From Bacteroidota bacterium (GTDB taxonomy: Bacteria > Bacteroidota > Bacteroidia > Bacteroidales > FEN-979): 64,000 nt of DNA. Every line of letters starts with the position of its first letter. The stretch's first letter is position 1. Made by a program: the position numbers and the translations under genes. The stretch covers positions 3,164 through 67,163 of the forward strand of contig JAPLDL010000025.1 of NCBI GenBank assembly GCA_026391735.1. The letters are read 5' to 3'. A model generated the notes under the pieces. That model was not told the origin of the DNA and did no database searches. It was given only the letters and a program-made list of their open reading frames with translations. Positions 28,501 through 36,373 of the stretch are shown one piece after another.

Positions 28501-28517
28501 AACATAATACGAAAAAC

Positions 28518-29594
28518 ATGGAATTGAATGCATTATTCTCCGGAGTTGCGCTTAAGGGGTTCAAAGTGAAGAACAGGATAGTATTTCCTGCTATGGTTTG
28601 TTTCGGATATACCGGTGATGATGGCATTGTTGGCCCCGGCAACATTGAGCATTACCGGAAAAGGGCCGAAAGCGGGGCCGGGATTGTTATCACTGAAGCT
28701 ACCGCCGTTAAAGAAGACGGCAGGGCAGCAAATTCCCAACTTGGTGTTTGGTCTGATGATCATATTGCAGGCCTCAGCGAACTCACCAGCATTGTGCGGA
28801 GCCACGGTTCAGTTTCTCTTCTTCAGCTTCACCACGCGGGGCTAGTGACGCCGCCTGCAGTGTCTCCGGTCCAGTTTTGCCCCTCAGCCGACCCTGATAA
28901 ACCTTCCTCCCGTGAGTTGACAAAAGATGCAATCCATGAAATAATCACTGCCTTTATCAAGGGGGCAATAAGAGCCCGCGAATCCGGTTTCGACGGAATA
29001 GAACTTCACGGTGCACACGGATATCTCTTAAACCAGTTTGCAAATCCGCTTTGGAATCACAGAACGGATGAATACGGCGGCAGTTTCCAAAACCGGTTGA
29101 GGTTTGCAACCGAAGTGATCCACGGGATAAGGAAGGAATGCGGTAATGAGTTTATCCTGGGATACAGGATGGGAGCAAACACACCTTCCCTTGAAGACGG
29201 TATAAAGACAGCCATATACCTTGAATCAATTGGGCTGGATTACATTCATGTATCGCATGGGGGTAACCTTCAAAACCTTCCCAGGCCTCCGAAAGGGTTT
29301 GAATATAACTGGATCGTCTATTCAGGAGTGAAGGTCAGGGAACAGCTGAAGATCCCGGTTATAGTAGTCAATGAGATCAAAACTGCAGAAAGAGCTAATG
29401 CTCTTATTGAAGGCGGATTGGCTGATTTTGTCTCAATAGGACGACCTCAGCTTGCCGATCCGTATTGGGTGAAGCATATTCAGAATGGGGAGAATATCAA
29501 TGCATGTTTTTCTTGCAAACCCAGATGCCGGTGGTATGAAACCAGCGATCTTTGCCCGGCACGTAAAAAGCTGAAGCAACAGCAGCCGGATTAA
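28518..29594 (+). CDS. Old-yellow-enzyme / 2,4-dienoyl-CoA-reductase-like FMN oxidoreductase, TIM-barrel plus Fe-S motif only
   Basis: Start moved to MELNALFSG (ATG 28518). It has the OYE block HGAHGYLLNQF and a C-terminal CFSCKPRCRWYETSDLC (CX2CX3C-X10-C), as in FadH/Bai-type enzymes. There is no C-terminal FAD/NAD(P)H domain. Confidence 0.85.
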   Translation: MELNALFSGVALKGFKVKNRIVFPAMVCFGYTGDDGIVGPGNIEHYRKRAESGAGIVITEATAVKEDGRAANSQLGVWSDDHIAGLSELTSIVRSHGSVSLLQLHHAGLVTPPAVSPVQFCPSADPDKPSSRELTKDAIHEIITAFIKGAIRARESGFDGIELHGAHGYLLNQFANPLWNHRTDEYGGSFQNRLRFATEVIHGIRKECGNEFILGYRMGANTPSLEDGIKTAIYLESIGLDYIHVSHGGNLQNLPRPPKGFEYNWIVYSGVKVREQLKIPVIVVNEIKTAERANALIEGGLADFVSIGRPQLADPYWVKHIQNGENINACFSCKPRCRWYETSDLCPARKKLKQQQPD

Positions 29595-30838
29595 AGTTTA
29601 ATTTTATCTAACTGAGGTTTCCAGCGGTCCACCAGTATTTTAAACATCGGCATAGTTGAAGCCGGGACCGGGTCCGATGGAGGTGATTCCAGGTGCAGGG
29701 GATCTACCGGCGAACCATTTTTGTATACCCTGAAATCAAGATGAGGGCCGGTCGCAAGCCCACTGCTACCCACAAAACCGATCACCTGGCCCTGGCTCAC
29801 ATGAGCCCCGGGTTTAATATTTTTTGCATATCCCGAAAGATGGGCATAGGATGAAGAATAAACCGAATTATGGCGGATGGCAATGAACCTTCCGTAACCG
29901 CCCTTCCAACCTGCTTCAGTCACTTTTCCTTCGCCCAGGGCTTCAACCGGAGTCCCATGGGGTGCGGCATAATCCACACCGAAATGGGGACGTACAATCC
30001 TGAGAATAGGATGCATCCTTGCCCTTGAGAACCTGGAGCTGATCCTTGAAAACCTCAGGGGTGCTTTCAGAAATGAACGCTGGAGGCTTTGGCCGTTCTC
30101 ATCAAAATATGCTCTCTTCCCTTTTCCCTCAAGCAAAAAAGCATAATATTCCCGTCCCGAGGTGAGAAAACTTGCCGACAGCACCCGGTCTATTCCTATC
30201 ATCCTGCCATCCACATACATTTCTTCATAGATCACCTTAAATCCATCCCCGTTCTGCAATCCGTAAAAATCGACAGTCCAGGCAAAGACTTCCGAAAGAT
30301 CAAGTGCAAGGTTGATATCCAGTCCAAGTTTTTCAAACGTATTCCACAGCGAACCGGAAATGATTCCGCTGGCTGTTTTGACAACAGCTTTTACATGTTT
30401 CTTGTCCCGGTATACTCTAAGGGAATCCCTGAAATCGTAGACTACAAATTCAATGCTGTTTATCTCATAAATAAAATACAATGTACGGTGAGTGGAATCT
30501 TTCAGACATATCCTGGCAATGGCATTGCCCTGGTGCATCTTTTTTACGTCAAATACCTCAGTGGTTTCCTTTGCAATTTTATCTATAATGCTTCCGGGGA
30601 TAAAAGGCGATAGAATATCGGAAAGGCTTTGGTTATTCCCAACCTTTCCATAACTGACCTGAAGACTGTCGAGCTTTAAATTATAGGCCATACTCAGCCT
30701 GGGAACCACAGCAGGGCTTGCTTTTTCGGTCACCCTCAGATGGTAAACTGCAATACCAAGAATGGTTACGATGATAAGGACAGCTGCGAGAGCAGGCAGG
30801 ATAATCCATACCTGCGGTTTCAGACTCAATTTATTCAT
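29591..30838 (-). CDS. M23/LytM-domain peptidoglycan endopeptidase-like protein, membrane anchored
   Basis: 415 aa with an N-terminal TM helix. It has HFGVDYAAPHGTPV (HxxxD) and SYAHLS, but GPHLDFRV where HxH is expected. Confidence 0.8.
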   Translation of the reverse strand: MNKLSLKPQVWIILPALAAVLIIVTILGIAVYHLRVTEKASPAVVPRLSMAYNLKLDSLQVSYGKVGNNQSLSDILSPFIPGSIIDKIAKETTEVFDVKKMHQGNAIARICLKDSTHRTLYFIYEINSIEFVVYDFRDSLRVYRDKKHVKAVVKTASGIISGSLWNTFEKLGLDINLALDLSEVFAWTVDFYGLQNGDGFKVIYEEMYVDGRMIGIDRVLSASFLTSGREYYAFLLEGKGKRAYFDENGQSLQRSFLKAPLRFSRISSRFSRARMHPILRIVRPHFGVDYAAPHGTPVEALGEGKVTEAGWKGGYGRFIAIRHNSVYSSSYAHLSGYAKNIKPGAHVSQGQVIGFVGSSGLATGPHLDFRVYKNGSPVDPLHLESPPSDPVPASTMPMFKILVDRWKPQLDKIKL

Positions 30839-32030
30839 TGTTAAAGATCAGGTGAATTATCAAAACTTCAGGGCGGTTACCAAGCCTGACCGGAGGCCCC
30901 CAGGTCCCGAATCCGCAGGAAACATAGAAATGTGTGTCACGGATCTTTTTATATCCCCAGCTGAGTTCATATATAGCATTGGTGATGTAATTGAACGGCC
31001 AGATCTGGCCGTGGTGGGTATGTCCCGAAAGTTGAAGGTCGACACCATTATCAGCGGCATTTGAAAGGTTAAACGGCTGATGGTCCATCAGGATAATCGG
31101 ATAGGATCTGTCGACATCCTTCATGATATCTGAAAGTTCTTTCCTGGCTTTACCGGTAAAACGAGGTTTGTCGCGGTCATCCCGGCCCACAAGATAAAAT
31201 TGTCCGTTGACCAGTAAGGCTGTATCCCTGAGCATTTTAATGCAATGTTTCTCAAGGTATTCCACTGCGGGACCTGCACCACCAATGTATTCATGGTTGC
31301 CGGTGATAGCGAACACACCTATCCCTGCCTTCAATTCACATAAAGCTTCCCCAATATTGTCTTTGATAACCGGGGCGAGGTCTTCATCAACCACATCACC
31401 TGCAAGCAGGATCAGGTCGGGATTGGGCGCATTCAGCAAACGCACAAGCTCTCTGGCCTTGGCTTTACGGATAATGGTCCCGAGATGGATATCGGAAGCC
31501 ATGGAGATCGTCAGGCTTTTCCTGCCATGTCCCGATTTTGCAACCTTCAGGTTAAGTTCCCTGACCCGGGGATTCCGGGCGTTGATATATCCGACAGATA
31601 CCATGATAACATTACAGGCAACTGATACAATGAGAATGATTTGTTTGGTCCTGAGATAATCAGCATAGATAATAGCAGGAAGGAAATGGAAGAAATGGTT
31701 AAGCAGCCTGGTAATATCAAGAAGGATCACAATCAACGTGAAGAAAAGCATGAAAGCCAGCCAGAAATTGCCTGTCCATGTAAGGACTTCCGTGAAATGA
31801 CAGGGGGTTGTACGTTCCAGTATCCGCGCTGTTACAAAAGAAGAAGCAAGCACCCAGAAAACTATAATAAACCAGATCCTCAATGACGACCCGGGAGGCA
31901 TGGCCTGCAATGCCCTGTTAAAAATAATATAGTTTACCAGGGTATAAATTGTAACCACAACAGTTACAAATAAAATCATAGCAGTTGTTTTCAAGGAATT
32001 TTTAACTTTGAAATGTTGTTCGGGTGGCAA
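30831..32030 (-). CDS. Membrane-anchored calcineurin-like metallophosphoesterase
   Basis: 399 aa with several N-terminal TM helices. Motifs present are SDIHLG, GDVVDE, GNHE and GHTHHG. It overlaps the M23 gene by 8 nt. Confidence 0.8.
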   Translation of the reverse strand: MPPEQHFKVKNSLKTTAMILFVTVVVTIYTLVNYIIFNRALQAMPPGSSLRIWFIIVFWVLASSFVTARILERTTPCHFTEVLTWTGNFWLAFMLFFTLIVILLDITRLLNHFFHFLPAIIYADYLRTKQIILIVSVACNVIMVSVGYINARNPRVRELNLKVAKSGHGRKSLTISMASDIHLGTIIRKAKARELVRLLNAPNPDLILLAGDVVDEDLAPVIKDNIGEALCELKAGIGVFAITGNHEYIGGAGPAVEYLEKHCIKMLRDTALLVNGQFYLVGRDDRDKPRFTGKARKELSDIMKDVDRSYPIILMDHQPFNLSNAADNGVDLQLSGHTHHGQIWPFNYITNAIYELSWGYKKIRDTHFYVSCGFGTWGPPVRLGNRPEVLIIHLIFNNE

Positions 32031-32121
32031 AGATATTTTAATTCTTGCTTTACTCAGGATATTGAATGATTCTAAACGGAAAATTTACTGTTCTTAGTAT
32101 TAATCAAATTAACTCTAATCG

Positions 32122-33858
32122 ATGAATTCAGGATTTTTATTGTCATGGATTGACTATCTGGTCATGATCATTTATTTCGCTTTTGTCCTGGGGATTGGCT
32201 GGGCTCTTAAACGGTACATGAAAGATGCCAGCGCTTTTCTTGAGGCTGGACGCTCCATGCCGGCCTGGGTGGCAGGACTGGCTTTTATATCAACCAACCT
32301 CGGTGCGCTTGAAGTCATGGGTATGACAGGTTCGGGTATGAAATACGGTATGCTTACAACCCATTTTTACTGGATCGGGGCTATCCCTGCCATGGTCTTT
32401 CTGGCGATTTTCATGATGCCTTTCTATTATGGTTCAAAAGCCAGGTCGGTCCCTGAATACCTGAAGCTGCGCTATGACGAAAAAACAAGAGGGCTCAACG
32501 CCATACTTTTTGCCGTAATGACTATTCTGGCATCAGGAATCTCGATGTATGCCCTCGCAATTCTCATGGAGAAAGTTCTTGGATGGAACTTTCATCTGAG
32601 CCTGATCCTGTCGGCTGCGATTGTGCTAGCCTATACCTATCTTGGCGGACTTTCATCAGCCATATACAATGAAGTCCTGCAGTTTTTTATCATTGTTGTA
32701 GGCCTTCTGCCGATAGTTATTTTAAGTCTTAAAGATGTAGGCGGATGGCATGGTCTTCAGCAAAGCCTTGCACCTATTGTATCACATATGCCCCAGCACT
32801 ATGCACCTGATACCTGGACCACGACCTGGAAGTATACCGGCACGGCCAAGGCAAACCCCCTGGGTGTTGAATGGTACGGGATATTTGCCGGTCTTGGATT
32901 TGTTTTATCATTCGGATACTGGTGTACGAATTTCCTTATTGTTCAAAGGGCCATGTCGGCGAAATCCACTACAGCCGCAAGGAATACCCCTCTGATCGGG
33001 GCCATTCCTAAAATGTTCATCCCTTTCCTTATTATCGTTCCCGGTATTGTTGCACTGGTCCTTGCAAATACTCCCGGCAAAGGCTTCTCCTTGCCTCTGA
33101 ATGAAGCCGGACAACCTATTTACGATTATACAATAATTATGCTGCTGAAGCAATATCTCCCTGCAGGTGTGCTTGGGCTTGGCGTCACGGCTTTGCTGGC
33201 TTCTTTCATGTCGGGAATGGCAGGAAATGTTTCGGCCTTTAATACCGTGTGGACTTACGATATCTACCAAAGTTACATCAGGCCTACAACTAAAGATAAA
33301 GTATCCGATGACAATCATTACCTCTTTGTCGGCCGTATGGCAACCATCTTTGGAGTGGTGGTCAGCATAGCGGCTGCATACCTGGCAAGCATGTTCGGCA
33401 ATATCATGGATTTTCTGCAAACCATTTTCTCGATGGTCAATGCGCCATTATTTGCAGTGATCTTCCTTGGTATGTTCTGGAAACGTGCGACAGGACATGC
33501 AGCATTCACGGGACTGCTGGCCGGATTTTTCATCGCGTTGATGCATCACGGGCTTACATTTCCCGAAGGTGCCGATACCTTGGTCAAAGGTGGCTGGATA
33601 GCCCACCTGCATGCATATCCTGTGGAAATGGCACAGAACTTCTGGACAGCCATCTTTGCCTGTTCCACAAGTGCTATCGTTACTGTGGTACTTTCCTTGC
33701 TTACAACCCAGAAAAAGTCTGATGACGAATTAAAGGGACTGGTTTATGTGCTGACTCCGAAACTAAATGAAGAATCTGTTCCCTGGTATACCAGGTCAAC
33801 AACATTGGCGATTATCGTTCTGGCACTTGTAAGCATTTTAACAATTCTGTTCTGGTAA
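32122..33858 (+). CDS. Sodium:solute symporter (SSS/SGLT family), probably a sugar transporter
   Basis: 578 aa with about 14 TM helices and the typical SSS N-terminus IDYLVMIIYFAFVLGIGW. Its neighbourhood contains galK and galM. Confidence 0.85.
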   Translation: MNSGFLLSWIDYLVMIIYFAFVLGIGWALKRYMKDASAFLEAGRSMPAWVAGLAFISTNLGALEVMGMTGSGMKYGMLTTHFYWIGAIPAMVFLAIFMMPFYYGSKARSVPEYLKLRYDEKTRGLNAILFAVMTILASGISMYALAILMEKVLGWNFHLSLILSAAIVLAYTYLGGLSSAIYNEVLQFFIIVVGLLPIVILSLKDVGGWHGLQQSLAPIVSHMPQHYAPDTWTTTWKYTGTAKANPLGVEWYGIFAGLGFVLSFGYWCTNFLIVQRAMSAKSTTAARNTPLIGAIPKMFIPFLIIVPGIVALVLANTPGKGFSLPLNEAGQPIYDYTIIMLLKQYLPAGVLGLGVTALLASFMSGMAGNVSAFNTVWTYDIYQSYIRPTTKDKVSDDNHYLFVGRMATIFGVVVSIAAAYLASMFGNIMDFLQTIFSMVNAPLFAVIFLGMFWKRATGHAAFTGLLAGFFIALMHHGLTFPEGADTLVKGGWIAHLHAYPVEMAQNFWTAIFACSTSAIVTVVLSLLTTQKKSDDELKGLVYVLTPKLNEESVPWYTRSTTLAIIVLALVSILTILFW

Positions 33859-33870
33859 AATAAATAGTAT

Positions 33871-34080
33871 ATGGGTATAGATATAAAAATTCCGATCGGG
33901 CTGATGTTCACCATTTTCGGCTTGCTGCTTACAGCCTATGGATTTTTCACAAGGCTTGATGATGCTCTTTATAAACCCTCCCTGGGAATAAATATTAACC
34001 TGTGGTCAGGAATCGGGATGCTGGTTTTAGGTATTCTTATGCTGGCTCTTGCTATGATATCAAAAAAATCCAAACCATAA
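33871..34080 (+). CDS. Small two-TM membrane protein of unknown function
   Basis: 69 aa with two clear hydrophobic helices. It starts 12 nt after the symporter stop. Confidence 0.5.
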   Translation: MGIDIKIPIGLMFTIFGLLLTAYGFFTRLDDALYKPSLGININLWSGIGMLVLGILMLALAMISKKSKP

Positions 34081-34084
34081 TTAC

Positions 34085-34570
34085 ATGAAATCCTTGCCAC
34101 GGGCTTTTCTTAGAACACCAATCGGGTTCATCGAAATCACAGGTACAGCAAAAGGTTTGAAGAGCCTTTATTTCCTTGACTTCAAAGTAAAAGTCCCAAG
34201 AGTCCCGCATGAATTGAAAGACGCTGTTGACCAGCTTCATGAATATTTTATAGGCGAAAGAAAAAATTTCAGTCTAGACCTTGACCTTGAAGGCTCTGCC
34301 TTTCAGCTCAAAGTTTGGAGTGAGCTTATCAAAATACCTTATGGTTCTACCATTTCATACCATGAACTGGCCCGCAGAATAGGGAATCCAAGTGCTTTCA
34401 GGGCGGTAGGCGGAGCAAATGCCACAAATCCTGTCTCGGTTATTATCCCGTGTCACAGGGTACTCGGGACAAATGGGAGACTGGTAGGTTATGCAGGCGG
34501 ATTAAAACGGAAGAAATGGCTTCTTGAACATGAGCATGCATTTGCCCAAAGAGATCTCTTTTACCGTTGA
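34085..34570 (+). CDS. ogt: Methylated-DNA--protein-cysteine methyltransferase
   Basis: 161 aa with the active site IIPCHRV and the upstream YGSTISYHELA helix-turn-helix block. Confidence 0.9.
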   Translation: MKSLPRAFLRTPIGFIEITGTAKGLKSLYFLDFKVKVPRVPHELKDAVDQLHEYFIGERKNFSLDLDLEGSAFQLKVWSELIKIPYGSTISYHELARRIGNPSAFRAVGGANATNPVSVIIPCHRVLGTNGRLVGYAGGLKRKKWLLEHEHAFAQRDLFYR

Positions 34571-35437
34571 TCAGATTTCTTCTTCCTTAAGGCGATGACC
34601 TAATTCCTTTACCGAGGAATAACTCTCCATAAGCCCAGGCAGGTATTCAGCTGAAGAGATAAAGGTCCACAGGTAAGCTACAATAGAATAGATATTACCG
34701 GTTGAGAAATTATCAACATCCACACAGATAAAGAGCACGACGATAAAAATTCCCATCAGGATCACTTTGATGACAAGGTAATTGAATGAATTCCACCGGG
34801 CTATCCTGAACTGAGGCCAAACCATATTGCGGTAAAATTCATGAATAGAAACATTACTGCGGCTTTCAACAACCTTATAAAGATCCTCCTGAGTATCCCT
34901 TATATTCCTTTGCAAAGCCAGTACGTTTTTCCTGTAAAAACGTGAAAAGATATATAAAGGAAATACCACTACAAGACAAACTGCAGCAATTCTCCAGTCA
35001 TAAAAAAACATGGCGATAATCGCACCGAATGTGGCACAGAACTGCCAGGAGACTTCGGGCAGCCTCTCTTTGAAAAATATGACATACTCTTTAGTGAGTT
35101 CGGCCCTGATAAGTGTCCTTGAAACAGGATCTTTCTTTTTTCTGGATAAAATGATGACTTTTTCAGCCACATCAGCAAACATCCTGGAATAAATACGACC
35201 GCTGAGATACCGGTGCATGGTTCCACCGATAACATTAAGCAGGTAAATGAAGATCCAGACGAATAATGGGTATAAGTAATTTACTTTCTCGTGATCGTAA
35301 AAATAATCGATCAGAACGTCAAGCAGTTTGCCAAAATAACCCGGTTCAATGATCCAGGCAACATTCTCAAGGAGGACAAAAATAAGAACAAGCCCGATCT
35401 TATATCGGAATTCATATGCCAGTTTCTGTATAGTCAT
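34571..35437 (-). CDS. ABC-transporter-type six-TM domain protein without an ATPase domain
   Basis: 288 aa. The helical pattern and loops resemble the ABC exporter membrane domain. No Walker motifs are present. Confidence 0.55.
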   Translation of the reverse strand: MTIQKLAYEFRYKIGLVLIFVLLENVAWIIEPGYFGKLLDVLIDYFYDHEKVNYLYPLFVWIFIYLLNVIGGTMHRYLSGRIYSRMFADVAEKVIILSRKKKDPVSRTLIRAELTKEYVIFFKERLPEVSWQFCATFGAIIAMFFYDWRIAAVCLVVVFPLYIFSRFYRKNVLALQRNIRDTQEDLYKVVESRSNVSIHEFYRNMVWPQFRIARWNSFNYLVIKVILMGIFIVVLFICVDVDNFSTGNIYSIVAYLWTFISSAEYLPGLMESYSSVKELGHRLKEEEI

Positions 35438-35487
35438 TTTAGTAGGTGGAAGTTATTGCAAATGTACTGAATATACTTGAATATTGC

Positions 35488-35495
35488 TACATTTG
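35488..35495 (+). promoter_or_regulatory. Candidate -7 promoter box TACATTTG
   Basis: Exact TAnnTTTG match 20 nt upstream of the ATG at 35515. Confidence 0.4.
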
Positions 35496-35514
35496 ATGTC
35501 TATATTCCGGTCCT

Positions 35515-36363
35515 ATGAAAATGAATTATATATTCGGCCTGTGTTTGCTTCTTTTACTGAATTCATGTGACAAAAGCAAAACGGTCAAGGGTGTTTACCG
35601 CTGCTACTGGGGTGAAAAAGAAGGCTATGCAATCTGGATCGTCGACGGCTATAAGGTAAGGCAGGAAATTTATAAGCAATTCCTTTATGGAGGCAATGAG
35701 CAACGCTACCTGTTCAACCCCAAAGGTGAGATATGGATCGACCATGCTGTTTCATGCGAGGAATTTGAGCTGACACTGGCCCATGAACTGAATGAGAGGT
35801 CCCTGATGGCGAAATTTGGATGGACATATGAGAAATCCCATGATTCATCCCTTATGCTGGAATTAAAAATGAGAAAAAAGTATGATTCCATCTGCAGGGC
35901 CCATGAAGCCTCACTGCACAAGGTATGCCCCGAAGACGCCACAAAAGTTAAAGAGATCCCGGGAATTGCCGACAGTATTGTTATCAGTGGTATCTACCAA
36001 ATGCCCCTTGGCGTCAGGGATGGCATTAGTGTATGGATTGTAGACGGATACAAGGTCAGGGCCGGCATCTTTCCCGATTTCGGCCTTAGCGGAAATGATA
36101 TGGCATACCATTATATCCCTCCGAAGGAAATATGGCTCGACGGGCAGATCTCATCCGAGGAGACTGAATTCTCCATCAAAACCGAACTCCTTGAACGAAA
36201 GTTGATGGCCGCGGGAGCCTCTTTCGGGGAAGCATATGATTCGGCCATCAATACAAATGTGAGGCTGAGAAAAGAAATGCAGAAAATTATCGATTCGCAC
36301 CCGCCTCTGGTAGTTCCTCCTGTCCTGGCCAGAGATACCGGTGTTATCGAAACGGCGAAGTAG
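35515..36363 (+). CDS. Hypothetical lipoprotein built from two copies of an unknown ~110-aa domain
   Basis: Lipobox LLNSC is present. There is an internal repeat: YAIWIVDGYKVRQEIY...PKGEIWIDHAVSCEEFELTLAHELNERSLMAK vs ISVWIVDGYKVRAGIF...PPKEIWLDGQISSEETEFSIKTELLERKLMAA. Confidence 0.65.
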   Translation: MKMNYIFGLCLLLLLNSCDKSKTVKGVYRCYWGEKEGYAIWIVDGYKVRQEIYKQFLYGGNEQRYLFNPKGEIWIDHAVSCEEFELTLAHELNERSLMAKFGWTYEKSHDSSLMLELKMRKKYDSICRAHEASLHKVCPEDATKVKEIPGIADSIVISGIYQMPLGVRDGISVWIVDGYKVRAGIFPDFGLSGNDMAYHYIPPKEIWLDGQISSEETEFSIKTELLERKLMAAGASFGEAYDSAINTNVRLRKEMQKIIDSHPPLVVPPVLARDTGVIETAK

Positions 36364-36373
36364 CGTGGTTGCC

